A stretch of DNA of 64,000 bases, from positions 32,001-96,000 of IMG/VR virus record IMGVR_UViG_3300046832_001910; one strand, 5' to 3'. Positions 1 through 9,747 of the stretch are shown piece after piece; within the stretch, counting starts at the first letter, position 1, and each line of letters opens with the position of its first letter. The notes under the pieces were generated by a model. That model ran no database searches, was not told where the DNA came from, and saw nothing but the letters and a program-made list of their open reading frames with translations. This stretch comes from a virus. Position numbers and translations under genes: made by a program.

Positions 1-2
1 AT

Positions 3-332
3 ATAAATAGCATTGCACAGCAGATAAGTTTATTTGGTTATAACACAGTTAAAGATACAGGTGCAATTAATCCTGAAAATACATCACAGTTAAATCAGAT
101 ATTTGTTGAAACTAAGTTATATACACCGATAGCAATTCCTGATTCTAATTCATGGAAACTATTAGGATCCAATACTGACATAACAAATATTCGTATTTGG
201 AGTAAACCTATTGAGGAAGAATTACAAGAATTGATTTTATCACAATATGTTGTTAAGGATACTCACTTAACACTTCTGTTAGATAATGCTGCACCTCAGC
301 TATTACTTAACAGACAACTCGACTCACGCTAA
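3..332 (+). CDS. 3' end of a hypothetical protein (partial, runs off window)
   Basis: Open frame from position 3 (INSIAQQISLFG...LLNRQLDSR) to TAA at 330-332. Confidence 0.7.
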   Translation: MNSIAQQISLFGYNTVKDTGAINPENTSQLNQIFVETKLYTPIAIPDSNSWKLLGSNTDITNIRIWSKPIEEELQELILSQYVVKDTHLTLLLDNAAPQLLLNRQLDSR

Positions 333-362
333 CATAGAATATATAATCTAAATTAAGGATTA

Positions 363-980
363 ATGAAAGAAGAATCTAAACATAAATTTAGAGATAGCCT
401 CGGTGACTTATTAAGTGATTTGCCAGATGAGGTACCGGGTTTAGAAGATACCCCACAATTACCAAGAGTTAAGGCAGAAGGAACACAGGCTGTTGCATTA
501 CAAACTGCAAAGAATAAAGCGCAGAGAGTAATGAATAATCTTCTTAAGTTTTATTTAAGTGAAGAGATTATTGAGGAGCACGAGTACATTAAAGTAAAAG
601 CAGAACTTGATGAGTATGCATTAGGAATGCTTATACGTCAAATGCAAAATAGTGAATCTGCTATTTCAACATTAATGGATACTATAAACGAAGGTGATGT
701 ATCTCCACGAATGTTTGAAGTACTTAGCGATCTTCAAAGAACATTATTAGATATCATAAAAAGTCAAACCATGTATATGGTTGCAATTGAAGAAAATGCT
801 AAAAAGCTTTCTAGGGATATTGATGTTTATCATGGTGGATCTAATGATAACAGTTCTCAAAAGAAATCAACTACAACGGGTCTTAAGGCAAGAGGAACCA
901 AAGATCTTATGAGAGCATTACAAGATAGTATTAATGAAGAAGATATACAAGATGTCGATGCAAATCAAGATGAAGAATAA
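363..980 (+). CDS. Terminase small subunit (T4 gp16-like)
   Basis: SPRMFEV resembles the gp16-family PRxYEV motif; C-terminal GTKDLMRAL resembles GSTxDLxxxL; lies upstream of TerL. Confidence 0.65.
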   Translation: MKEESKHKFRDSLGDLLSDLPDEVPGLEDTPQLPRVKAEGTQAVALQTAKNKAQRVMNNLLKFYLSEEIIEEHEYIKVKAELDEYALGMLIRQMQNSESAISTLMDTINEGDVSPRMFEVLSDLQRTLLDIIKSQTMYMVAIEENAKKLSRDIDVYHGGSNDNSSQKKSTTTGLKARGTKDLMRALQDSINEEDIQDVDANQDEE

Positions 981-1224
981 CTATGTTCTTACAAAAGAGA
1001 TCATAGAAGAAAAAATAAGTGAGGGCGGTATCATATTACCTACCGAAAAGTACAATCGTAAATGTGTTATTATTAAATCTAATACTGACATTTTACCAGA
1101 AGGATGTACTGTTATAAAAACAATTGGCAAAGGTACGATGTTCAAAATAAATGGAGAAGAATATGAAGCTCTCCATGAAAATGATATCTTAGCCATAATA
1201 GAAGAAGATGGCACAGAAACCTAG
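970..1224 (+). CDS. GroES/Cpn10-like co-chaperonin
   Basis: SEGGIILP mobile-loop motif and C-terminal ENDILAII; about 84 aa from ATG 970. Confidence 0.75.
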   Translation: MKNNYVLTKEIIEEKISEGGIILPTEKYNRKCVIIKSNTDILPEGCTVIKTIGKGTMFKINGEEYEALHENDILAIIEEDGTET

Positions 1225-3025
1225 AGCAGAAAGCGCAGGCTTTGAATTTAAAGTAGGGGCAGCTGAAGAATCCTTTTCATGGACTTCAGAAAAGGTAGAG
1301 CAACTTATGCTTGCTTTAGAAGAAGGGTATAAACCTAAAGCAACACCTTTTTATGAAGGTAATCCAAACCTAAGAAAAGGCAACATAGTTTTTAATTATA
1401 CACCACACGAGATTAGAGAAATCAAAAAGTGTGCTACTGATATCGTATATTTTGCAAATACTTATTGTACTGTAATGACCGATTTTGGTTTACAGACTAT
1501 TAAGTTAAGAGGATATCAAGAGGAAATGTTAAGGCAGTTCCAAGCAGAACGATTTAATGTATGTTTAGCATCTCGTCAGATTGGTAAAACGATTTGTTCA
1601 TCAATCTTTATCGCCTGGTATTCATTATTCAATTATGATAAGAATTCTCTCGTTCTTTCAAATAAGGGTGCTACTACGAGAGAAATCATTGATAAAGGTA
1701 AAACAATTCTTGAACACCTACCGTTCTTTTTAAAGCCAGGTGTAATTAAATGGGATGTATTCAATTCTAAATTTGATAATGGCTGTCGTATTATTGGTCA
1801 AACAACCACTAAGAAAGCGGCTATCGGTTTTACCATTCACTTACTGTTCATGGATGAGTTTGCACATATTCCTCAAAACTTTGTGGAAACCTTTTATGAA
1901 AACGTTTATCCTACTGTATCTGCTTCATCAAATTCAAAAGTAATTATTACAAGTACACCGAACGGCTTTAATAAATTTTATGACATTTATTCGGCTTCAG
2001 AGAAAGGGTTAAATGAATACTCACCGTTTAGAGTTGATTGGTGGGATGTACCTGGCAGAGATGAGGCATGGATGCAACAAGAAGTTGCTAACCTCGGTTC
2101 AGAAGAAGCATTTAACAGACAATACGGAAATCAATTTATTGCCAGCTCTTCTCTATTATTGGGTGCCGATAGTCTTAAAAAGCTTCAACAAAATCAAAAA
2201 GAATTTGTTCATAAAGAAGTTCCTGAATTTGAAGAAGAAAATGTTTCTTACGATGGCCTAGTATGGGATCCAACATTTGAGTTAGACGAAATTGAGGAAG
2301 ATACGAATTACTGGCTATTCTCTATTGATATAGCTGAAGGAAACGGCGGTGACTATTCAATAATCAATATCTTTAAGATTGAAATTATGGATGAACCTGA
2401 TTGGAAAAAGATAACATCGCCAGGTTCATTCGTTGACTTTTTTAGAATAAGACAAATTGGTAGGTTTAGAAGTAATGAACACACAATAGAAGAATTTGCA
2501 AAAGCAGTTTACATTTTAGCGTTTGATATGTTTCATTCAGAAAACGTTAAGATGATTATTGAGTGGAATATGTTTGGTGGAGAATTGATTAAAAGACTTG
2601 AAACTGTATTTCCACAAAGAAATGAATTTGATGAAGAGATGATAGTTAAGTTTAAACATCGTATAGATGCAAAAACAAAAAACTTTGGTCTTAAGGTTAA
2701 AAAAGATAATAAACCAATCTTTTGTCAAAATTTCAAAAAGTACATAACACAGAACAGAATTGTTATTAAAGATAAGAAAACCGTCTATGAAGCATCTACA
2801 TTTGGTAAGATGCCAAATGGATCATATGCAGGCCAATTAGGTCATGATGATCTTATTATGACAAGCATAAATAGTTCCGAATTTTTCTTTACTTTGGACT
2901 TCTCCGACTTTGTTGAAGAGATCTATGATACTGTAGATGATTCACTTCAGGCAAAGATTGATGAGATCTTAGATAAAGATTCAAAAGGAGGAAATCTTAA
3001 TTACGATATTTATGATCTTGTGTAG
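1208..3025 (+). CDS. Terminase large subunit (T4 gp17-like)
   Basis: LRGYQ Q-motif, SRQIGKT Walker A, LFMDEFA Walker B, ITSTPNG coupling motif, nuclease SIDIAEG...HDDL. Confidence 0.95.
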   Translation: MAQKPRAESAGFEFKVGAAEESFSWTSEKVEQLMLALEEGYKPKATPFYEGNPNLRKGNIVFNYTPHEIREIKKCATDIVYFANTYCTVMTDFGLQTIKLRGYQEEMLRQFQAERFNVCLASRQIGKTICSSIFIAWYSLFNYDKNSLVLSNKGATTREIIDKGKTILEHLPFFLKPGVIKWDVFNSKFDNGCRIIGQTTTKKAAIGFTIHLLFMDEFAHIPQNFVETFYENVYPTVSASSNSKVIITSTPNGFNKFYDIYSASEKGLNEYSPFRVDWWDVPGRDEAWMQQEVANLGSEEAFNRQYGNQFIASSSLLLGADSLKKLQQNQKEFVHKEVPEFEEENVSYDGLVWDPTFELDEIEEDTNYWLFSIDIAEGNGGDYSIINIFKIEIMDEPDWKKITSPGSFVDFFRIRQIGRFRSNEHTIEEFAKAVYILAFDMFHSENVKMIIEWNMFGGELIKRLETVFPQRNEFDEEMIVKFKHRIDAKTKNFGLKVKKDNKPIFCQNFKKYITQNRIVIKDKKTVYEASTFGKMPNGSYAGQLGHDDLIMTSINSSEFFFTLDFSDFVEEIYDTVDDSLQAKIDEILDKDSKGGNLNYDIYDLV

Positions 3026-3081
3026 AAAAGTAGCTATGCCGTGGATATATAAAAAAAGCAATAAAAAAAATATAATACAAG

Positions 3082-6000
3082 ATGGCACTAGATCCAAAAA
3101 TCGCTTCTCTTAAGGCTGCAGGTACTTACCGCTTTGAATTTGACAAGAGTCAGGTTGTTAGCATTCCTGCAAACCAAACAAGATTAATTGTTGGTTTTTC
3201 TAAGAAAGGTCCTTTTAATACACCAGTTTTTGTACCAGATACTGCATTCTTTAAGCAGGTATTTGGAGACATTGATAGGAATCTTGAAAGAAAAGATTCT
3301 TATTTTCACAGAAGCTGTTTAGCTGCATTAGAAAGAGGTCCAATTTTAGCTCTTAACCTTTTAGCATTAGACTCTGATGATAATGTAGACTACATTAAGT
3401 TAGGTACAGCTGCTACACCAGAAGCACAAGATAACGCAGGTGATTCTGCTGAATACCAAAAATTTTATAACAGAGATAAATTCTTTTATCCTGACTCTGA
3501 TGCATTCCTAGATAATGTTGGAGCAAACAGAAACACATTAAGCTCTTTATCTACAAATGATCTTTTGGATTTTGTTAATTTAGGTCAAAATCCAGTTTCT
3601 ATCATTGTTAGAAAAGCAGCAAATGACAATGTATCAAGTTTCAATGTTACTGTTGAAGAATGGTACGGAACTGCAAACGTTCCAGGTTTCTTAAATAAAG
3701 ACAGTTTAATTTCTGACTTTATGGTAGATGTATTTGTTATTGAAGGTAACTTTGGTGGTAACTTCGGTTCTGCTACACCTTATGAGAGATTTACAGCTGA
3801 CCCAACATTCCAACAATACTTTGATCCTACTAAAGGTATTCAAAGAAAGAAATTTGCATCTGATACAACAGATACTAAATTGGAAGAGTTCTTTAATGAA
3901 TCTGAAGTTAACCTAATTGCAACTTATACTGCATGTTTAATTCCTGATTTTGTTGATCTACTTGGAAATAACTTATTCATTGAAAAATTAATCAATGCTG
4001 ATTCTGCTACGACTGGTTTATTCTGTGCTGTTAATGAAGATCTATTTAGCGGAGATTTTCTTATTGACGGTGTAAAAGGTGGTATTGACCTAATCGGACA
4101 TAACATTGAATATACTCAGGCAACTGGTATTCAGGATGATGTTAATTTCCTTTCTTATAGTGGATCAATTGTATCTGACCTTGAATATGCAAGAGCTGCC
4201 CAATCGGTAAACACTGCAACAATTGCAACTGGTGATATTGTATCTGTTAATACTTTAACTGGCGGAAACATTCAAATTTCAATCATAGGTTCTACTGGAA
4301 ATCCTTTATATGATGCATTTGTAGGTATGGCTCCTAATACAGCCAATACTGTAGGATCATATATTAAAGGAGCAATTAGTTCTAAGTTTGTACCAGTTCT
4401 TTCAGTGAATGTAACAAGTACTGTGGTAACTGTTGTTTTATCTGGGGCTGGTGGTATTGTGGCTGGAGATTTTCCAACTACATTAGGTACTACATATACT
4501 TATGTAAATGAAGAAGATTTAGGATTTACTGTTCATGAATTTGAAACTTCAAATACTAATGCAAATATCATAGGTTCTTACGGAAGTGCAATGTACAGCG
4601 CATTCTCTGCTGGAACACTTACTGATGGCGATGAGGCAATATTTGAAATCTCAAGTACAGAATATGTTTCTTACTTAGTATTCAATGCTGCATCTTATGG
4701 ATTTATTCATACAGGCGTACCTGCTAATGCTGGTACTAAATTTGCAATCTCTGATTCTTCATATTTCTTACCAAGTGTTAGAATAACTCCTTATCAACAA
4801 GATACTTTTGCTACTGTTACTCCAAGATCTCAATTTAATATGGATAGTAACACTGGATTCTTCTTGGATTCAGACGGTAATTCTGTTGGCGGTTTTACTT
4901 TAGATATTCAAACACTTAAAGGTTCTCTTAACCGTTCAATTGATATCATTGCTGATTCTACATCTGAACCATTACTTAAGCCTAACCAGGTACTTATCGC
5001 AAGTACTAATCCTGATGCGGCTACCGTGGTTGTAGGAAATTACTTATTAAACTTTGAAGGTAATATTTCAACTCCTCATTCAAGATTAACAAGAATCAAT
5101 GAAGTACAAGGTGGTAAAACATCTACTCAATTCCCGTCAATCCCGGTTGGTACAACTGCCTTATTAGTAACATGTCAATCTGAAATTGCTGTTACAACTG
5201 TAAGTTCAGTTAAGAAGGTTGAATTGTATTACCCAATTGATAGCTGGGTTGATTATTTTAATATCTTTACCCTTGATGGATTCCAATTAGATGTGACTAA
5301 GCATGTTCCTAATGGAACTAATGAACGCCAAAACCAAATTCTAAATGGTACATTAAGTGGAACTAATCTATTTAAGGCATTAACCGATAGAGAGACTATC
5401 AATTTCCGTTATGTCGTAGATACATTTGGAAATGGTATTGAAAGTGGATCTAAAGCAATCTATACTCAATTATGTTCTGCTAGAAAGAATGCATTTGCAA
5501 TCATAAATGCTCCATCTGCTAAAGATTTTAAAGCTAACACTGATCCTTCATTCTTGGATGCGACAGGAGCCTTATCATCTAGATTTATTTCAACAGGTGG
5601 TGATCTTTCTAAGAACCCAACTGTTAGATACTCTTTACCTTCATCAACACAAGGCGGAAGCTGGGGTGGATTCTATTATCCTTTCATTACTGTAAGGGAT
5701 TTAGGAAAGAACATTAACGTTCCACCAGCTGCTTATGTATCAAATAACTTTATTGCAAAGTATGAAAATGCATTACCTTGGTCATTAGTTGCAGGTGTTC
5801 GTAGAGGTGTTGTAGGCGGAACTGGGGTTGTAGGATTAGAAATTAATCTTGACCTAAGCGATAGAGAATACTTAGAACCATTTGGATTGAACCCAATCAT
5901 TTTCCAAAGTGGAACTGGTCCTACTATCTTTGCAAATAAAACTGCTCAGCAAACTCCAAAATCTGCATTAAGTTCAATTAACGTTAGAGAGGTTGTTATC

Positions 6001-6297
6001 TATATCCAAGATGGTATTGAAGCAATCCTTAAAAACTACTTATTTGAATTTAACACTGCTCAAACAAGATTGGAAATTAAAACACTTGCTGATAACTTCT
6101 TATCAACAGTTCAAAATGACGACGGTGTTTATGACTTCCGTAACGTAATGGATGAAACTAACAATACGCCAGAGGTTATTGATCAAAATGTTGGTATCCT
6201 AGATACTTATATTGAACCAGTAAGAGGAATGGAAATCTTAGTACAAAGAACCACAATCTTAAGAACTGGGGCAATTAGTTCTGGAAACTTCCAATAA
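3082..6297 (+). CDS. Contractile tail sheath protein (gp18-like)
   Basis: GFSKKGPFNTP N-terminus; C-terminal PWSLVAGVRRG, SINVREV, FEFNTAQTR sheath motifs; 1071 aa with large central insertion. Confidence 0.9.
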   Translation: MALDPKIASLKAAGTYRFEFDKSQVVSIPANQTRLIVGFSKKGPFNTPVFVPDTAFFKQVFGDIDRNLERKDSYFHRSCLAALERGPILALNLLALDSDDNVDYIKLGTAATPEAQDNAGDSAEYQKFYNRDKFFYPDSDAFLDNVGANRNTLSSLSTNDLLDFVNLGQNPVSIIVRKAANDNVSSFNVTVEEWYGTANVPGFLNKDSLISDFMVDVFVIEGNFGGNFGSATPYERFTADPTFQQYFDPTKGIQRKKFASDTTDTKLEEFFNESEVNLIATYTACLIPDFVDLLGNNLFIEKLINADSATTGLFCAVNEDLFSGDFLIDGVKGGIDLIGHNIEYTQATGIQDDVNFLSYSGSIVSDLEYARAAQSVNTATIATGDIVSVNTLTGGNIQISIIGSTGNPLYDAFVGMAPNTANTVGSYIKGAISSKFVPVLSVNVTSTVVTVVLSGAGGIVAGDFPTTLGTTYTYVNEEDLGFTVHEFETSNTNANIIGSYGSAMYSAFSAGTLTDGDEAIFEISSTEYVSYLVFNAASYGFIHTGVPANAGTKFAISDSSYFLPSVRITPYQQDTFATVTPRSQFNMDSNTGFFLDSDGNSVGGFTLDIQTLKGSLNRSIDIIADSTSEPLLKPNQVLIASTNPDAATVVVGNYLLNFEGNISTPHSRLTRINEVQGGKTSTQFPSIPVGTTALLVTCQSEIAVTTVSSVKKVELYYPIDSWVDYFNIFTLDGFQLDVTKHVPNGTNERQNQILNGTLSGTNLFKALTDRETINFRYVVDTFGNGIESGSKAIYTQLCSARKNAFAIINAPSAKDFKANTDPSFLDATGALSSRFISTGGDLSKNPTVRYSLPSSTQGGSWGGFYYPFITVRDLGKNINVPPAAYVSNNFIAKYENALPWSLVAGVRRGVVGGTGVVGLEINLDLSDREYLEPFGLNPIIFQSGTGPTIFANKTAQQTPKSALSSINVREVVIYIQDGIEAILKNYLFEFNTAQTRLEIKTLADNFLSTVQNDDGVYDFRNVMDETNNTPEVIDQNVGILDTYIEPVRGMEILVQRTTILRTGAISSGNFQ

Positions 6298-6337
6298 GAA
6301 AGAAAGAAAAAGAATAAATAAAAAAATAAGTTAAGCT

Positions 6338-6898
6338 ATGCCATTACCACATTACACTCAATCGAGGGCAAGTAATAACAGATATGAGCCAATTCAGCCT
6401 AACCTATTCGAGATAACTTTGTTTACCCCGAATGGAGATGATACTGGTTTGATTCTAGAACATGTTAAATCTGTTGGAGGTTTAAATGCATTAAACCCAT
6501 CTGTAGATGCAATTGGTCAAAAATATAAATTTGCTGACCGTTCATATGCAGGTATGCCTGGACAAACCTTCGTAGATCTTACTATTGCATTTACATTGAA
6601 CTTGAATGATGCAAATGAAAACTACATATACAATACCATGAGAAACTGGTATAAATTAATCTATGATCCTTTGACTGGAGAAATGGGATTAAAGAAAGAC
6701 TATGTAGGAAGTATGATCATTGTTCAGTATAACCGTGCAGGTGATATCTTCAGAAAGATTACATGTAAAGATATCTTCCCAACAGGTGCTCCTGATTTTA
6801 TTGATTCACTTGATTATGGAACCGCTGATGCCGCAGAATTAACAATGACTTATCGTTGTGATCACTGGGTTGAAGAAAATGTTGGTGCTCCTAACTAA
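6338..6898 (+). CDS. Tail tube protein (gp19-like)
   Basis: Follows sheath; 186 aa; YAG...W.K...DY...QY...IFPT...LD tube-like pattern. Confidence 0.85.
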   Translation: MPLPHYTQSRASNNRYEPIQPNLFEITLFTPNGDDTGLILEHVKSVGGLNALNPSVDAIGQKYKFADRSYAGMPGQTFVDLTIAFTLNLNDANENYIYNTMRNWYKLIYDPLTGEMGLKKDYVGSMIIVQYNRAGDIFRKITCKDIFPTGAPDFIDSLDYGTADAAELTMTYRCDHWVEENVGAPN

Positions 6899-6915
6899 TC
6901 TTATGAAACTTAGAT

Positions 6916-6942
6916 AAAACTGGCCTTCGGGCCAGTTTTTTT
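6916..6942 (+). terminator. Rho-independent terminator with cUUCGg tetraloop
   Basis: aaaactggcc-ttcg-ggccagtttt plus T-run. Confidence 0.9.
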
Positions 6943-6986
6943 GTCTTATCTCTAATATATAATATAGAATACATAATCTATAGATC

Positions 6987-7457
6987 ATGATCATATTTAA
7001 AGTTGAAAACATATCCAACGGAAAAAACTATATAGGATATGCAATTAATGATAATCCTAATAACTTAGGATCTGGTAAATACATAAAGCGTGCAGTTAAA
7101 GACTTTGGTACTACTTCCTTTAAGAGAGAAGTATTAGAAACATTTGATGCAGATGAATCTTTAGGTGTTGTTATGGATCGTGTTGAGTATTGGATTAAGA
7201 AATTCAAATCGGATAATCCTAAATTTGGATATAACGAAAGCGTACAAGAAATGATTCCTCAAAAGAAAAAGTTAACTAAAAAGTTACAAGTTCTCTTAAC
7301 ACCTGAGGATGAAGATAACCTAAATACTATTATCATTCAAAAATCAATGGAAACTGGTATTAAGCCTATTCCAATTTCAAGATATGTTAGAAATATCATA
7401 GTTGAACATATCGTAGAAGAAACATCACCAGAAAAACAATTAATAAAAACAAAATAA
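6987..7457 (+). CDS. GIY-YIG-like domain fused to a C-terminal ribbon-helix-helix-like segment
   Basis: IIF...NGKNYIG, LGSGKYIKRA, FKREVLE, GYN; C-terminal KLQVLLTPEDE...ISRYVRNII. Confidence 0.6.
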   Translation: MIIFKVENISNGKNYIGYAINDNPNNLGSGKYIKRAVKDFGTTSFKREVLETFDADESLGVVMDRVEYWIKKFKSDNPKFGYNESVQEMIPQKKKLTKKLQVLLTPEDEDNLNTIIIQKSMETGIKPIPISRYVRNIIVEHIVEETSPEKQLIKTK

Positions 7458-7458
7458 C

Positions 7459-8457
7459 ATGAGTAACCACGAAGAGAATATCAAAAAGGAATTTGAAGCC
7501 GCAGAAGGTATTCAACCTGAAAATGAAGCTGTAGTTAATGATGGGAAGATAACTTCCTTAGGTAAAGTTGATCCAACCCGAGGAATGGGTATTACTTCAC
7601 CTGATGATCCAGAGATAAGAAGAATCCAGGAACTAACTGGATATATGAAATTAGATTTAACAAACCTACCATCAGGTGGACGTTTTTATAGAGATGATTT
7701 TGAACTTCATATCAGAGCTGCTCGTGTTGGTGAGATTAGGGACTTCTCTACTGTTGATGAAGAAAATATCAGAGATGTAGATGAAAAGTTAAATGCTATT
7801 CTTGTTGGTTGTACTAAAATAATGTATGGTTCTCAAAGAGGTTCATATAGAGACATTCTTGAAGAAGATCGTATTTATGTTATCCTATCAATTAGAGAAC
7901 TTACGTTTAAGAATGGCGAAGCTAAATTAATGATGCCGGTTGGTAAAAAGAAATGTACCACTGCTTCATGTAAATCTCAAGAAAGTGTAGAGTTAAGAAC
8001 AACCAATCTACAATTTAATAATGTAGATGAACTTATTGAAAAGTATTATGACCACGAAAATAAATGCTACACAGTTCCTACTAAAAGTCATGGCGAATTA
8101 GTTTTAGCTCCACCTACAATTGGTGTTATGAGAGCAATTACTGATTGGGCTAGAAAAAGAGAAGAAGAAAATAAATCATGGGATAAGTCTTCTCTTACAA
8201 TATTACCTTATGTACAAAGAGAATGGCGTGGCTTTGATGAAAAACAAATATTCTCTACTATGACAGCATTTCAAGGCTGGGATGCTGGAAAATATTCAAT
8301 CATATTTAGACTTGTAGAAAAAATGAAACTAGGAATCAAACCTGAGTTTGTATATCCATGTGTTTCTTGTGGCGCGGAGGTCACTGTTCCGCTTTCCTTT
8401 CCCGGTGGCATCAAATCTCTGTTCATTATTCAAGATATCTCTTCTGAACTTTTATAA
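7459..8457 (+). CDS. Baseplate hub subunit / tail assembly chaperone (gp26-like)
   Basis: LPSGG motif, two Cys clusters, lies between tube and tape measure. Confidence 0.6.
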   Translation: MSNHEENIKKEFEAAEGIQPENEAVVNDGKITSLGKVDPTRGMGITSPDDPEIRRIQELTGYMKLDLTNLPSGGRFYRDDFELHIRAARVGEIRDFSTVDEENIRDVDEKLNAILVGCTKIMYGSQRGSYRDILEEDRIYVILSIRELTFKNGEAKLMMPVGKKKCTTASCKSQESVELRTTNLQFNNVDELIEKYYDHENKCYTVPTKSHGELVLAPPTIGVMRAITDWARKREEENKSWDKSSLTILPYVQREWRGFDEKQIFSTMTAFQGWDAGKYSIIFRLVEKMKLGIKPEFVYPCVSCGAEVTVPLSFPGGIKSLFIIQDISSELL

Positions 8458-8716
8458 GATAAGAGTATTACTTATGGAAAAACTGCATGTTCAACCTACT
8501 GAGTTGGACATGCTTCCATATTATGAATTTGAGTATACTCTTGAAATCTATAATGACATCATTAAAGAACGCAATGATGAAGAGAAGAAACAAAATCAAG
8601 ATGCTGAAGAAAAGTATAACATAGCAGGTATGAAGAATAATGCCATGAATATGGGTAAAAATATGTCTGGTTATAAACAACCTTCAATGCCTAAAATAAG
8701 TATGCCTCGTTTCTAA
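8405..8716 (+). CDS. Baseplate hub assembly protein (gp51-like); start uncertain
   Basis: SLLNFYK...LM..LH...TELDMLPYYE resembles T4-like gp51; overlaps the upstream gene in +1 frame; GTG 8405 or ATG 8473 possible. Confidence 0.5.
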   Translation: MASNLCSLFKISLLNFYKIRVLLMEKLHVQPTELDMLPYYEFEYTLEIYNDIIKERNDEEKKQNQDAEEKYNIAGMKNNAMNMGKNMSGYKQPSMPKISMPRF

Positions 8717-8742
8717 ATATATAAATAAAGATAACAGATAAA

Positions 8743-9738
8743 ATGGATAGACAGCAAATACTTAAAGAAATTCAAGACCAAAGTAAGTCTAAATTTTCTC
8801 AATTAAGAACGCAGGCTTTACAAGAAGCCGTAAGAAATCTTTCTGCAGCTGCAGCTGCAGCAGGTGATTCAAGTAGCGGTGGTGGTAGAACACCTTCATT
8901 GGAATTTGTAGTAAATACAACAGACAATCTTGAGTTTGGCTTTAACTTTACTTCAACAGGGGAGCCAATTGCATTTACTATTAATTGGGGTGATGGTACA
9001 ATTCACGAAGATTCTGGTGGTGGTGGATATTATGAAGAGAGCCATGAATATGCCGAAGTTGGTGAATATACGGTTACTGTTACCTTTGATGATCCTCTTA
9101 AAATATTGGAATTAGATTTTCCAGGAAGCAGCAATGATTACGCAGGAATATCCTCAATCACAAACCTACAGTATTTATCTAATTTACAAGATTTTAGAGC
9201 AGACAATAATCACTTGGAAAGTGTTGATCTTTCAGGCTTAACTAATCTTACATATGTAGATATTAGCGATTGTGAATTACCAGATTCAAGTACCCACTCG
9301 CTAACAAGTGTTAATCTTTCAGGTTGTACTGCCTTGGAAGAACTTCGTCTTGACGATAGCGATTTTTCAGGTGGTTTTCCTAATCTTTCTGGATTAAATA
9401 GCTTATTTTATTTTGATGCTGATCAATGCGATATAGTAGGAACCGTTGATTTATCAGGTTTACCTTCGTTGAACGGTTTTGATCTTAATGGTAATTCTCA
9501 GTTAACCAGAGTTATTATTTCAAGCTCTCAACCACTTGGTGATGGTTGGAGTATTTACATATATGGCTGCGGGTTGACTCAAACAGCAGTTGATAACATC
9601 TTAGTAGCTTTAAGTACTAATGGTGTACTTAATGGTAGCATTGATATGGAAGGCGGTACAAATGCAACCCCTTCAGCTACTGGTCTCGCGGCTAAGTCTG
9701 TGTTGGAAGGAAACGGTTGGGAAGTTCTGGTAAACTAA
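8743..9738 (+). CDS. PKD-domain plus leucine-rich-repeat protein
   Basis: INWGDG...HEYAEVGEYTVTV PKD motif; repeated VDLSGLTNL/VNLSGCTAL LRR units. Confidence 0.7.
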   Translation: MDRQQILKEIQDQSKSKFSQLRTQALQEAVRNLSAAAAAAGDSSSGGGRTPSLEFVVNTTDNLEFGFNFTSTGEPIAFTINWGDGTIHEDSGGGGYYEESHEYAEVGEYTVTVTFDDPLKILELDFPGSSNDYAGISSITNLQYLSNLQDFRADNNHLESVDLSGLTNLTYVDISDCELPDSSTHSLTSVNLSGCTALEELRLDDSDFSGGFPNLSGLNSLFYFDADQCDIVGTVDLSGLPSLNGFDLNGNSQLTRVIISSSQPLGDGWSIYIYGCGLTQTAVDNILVALSTNGVLNGSIDMEGGTNATPSATGLAAKSVLEGNGWEVLVN

Positions 9739-9747
9739 TTTTTATGA

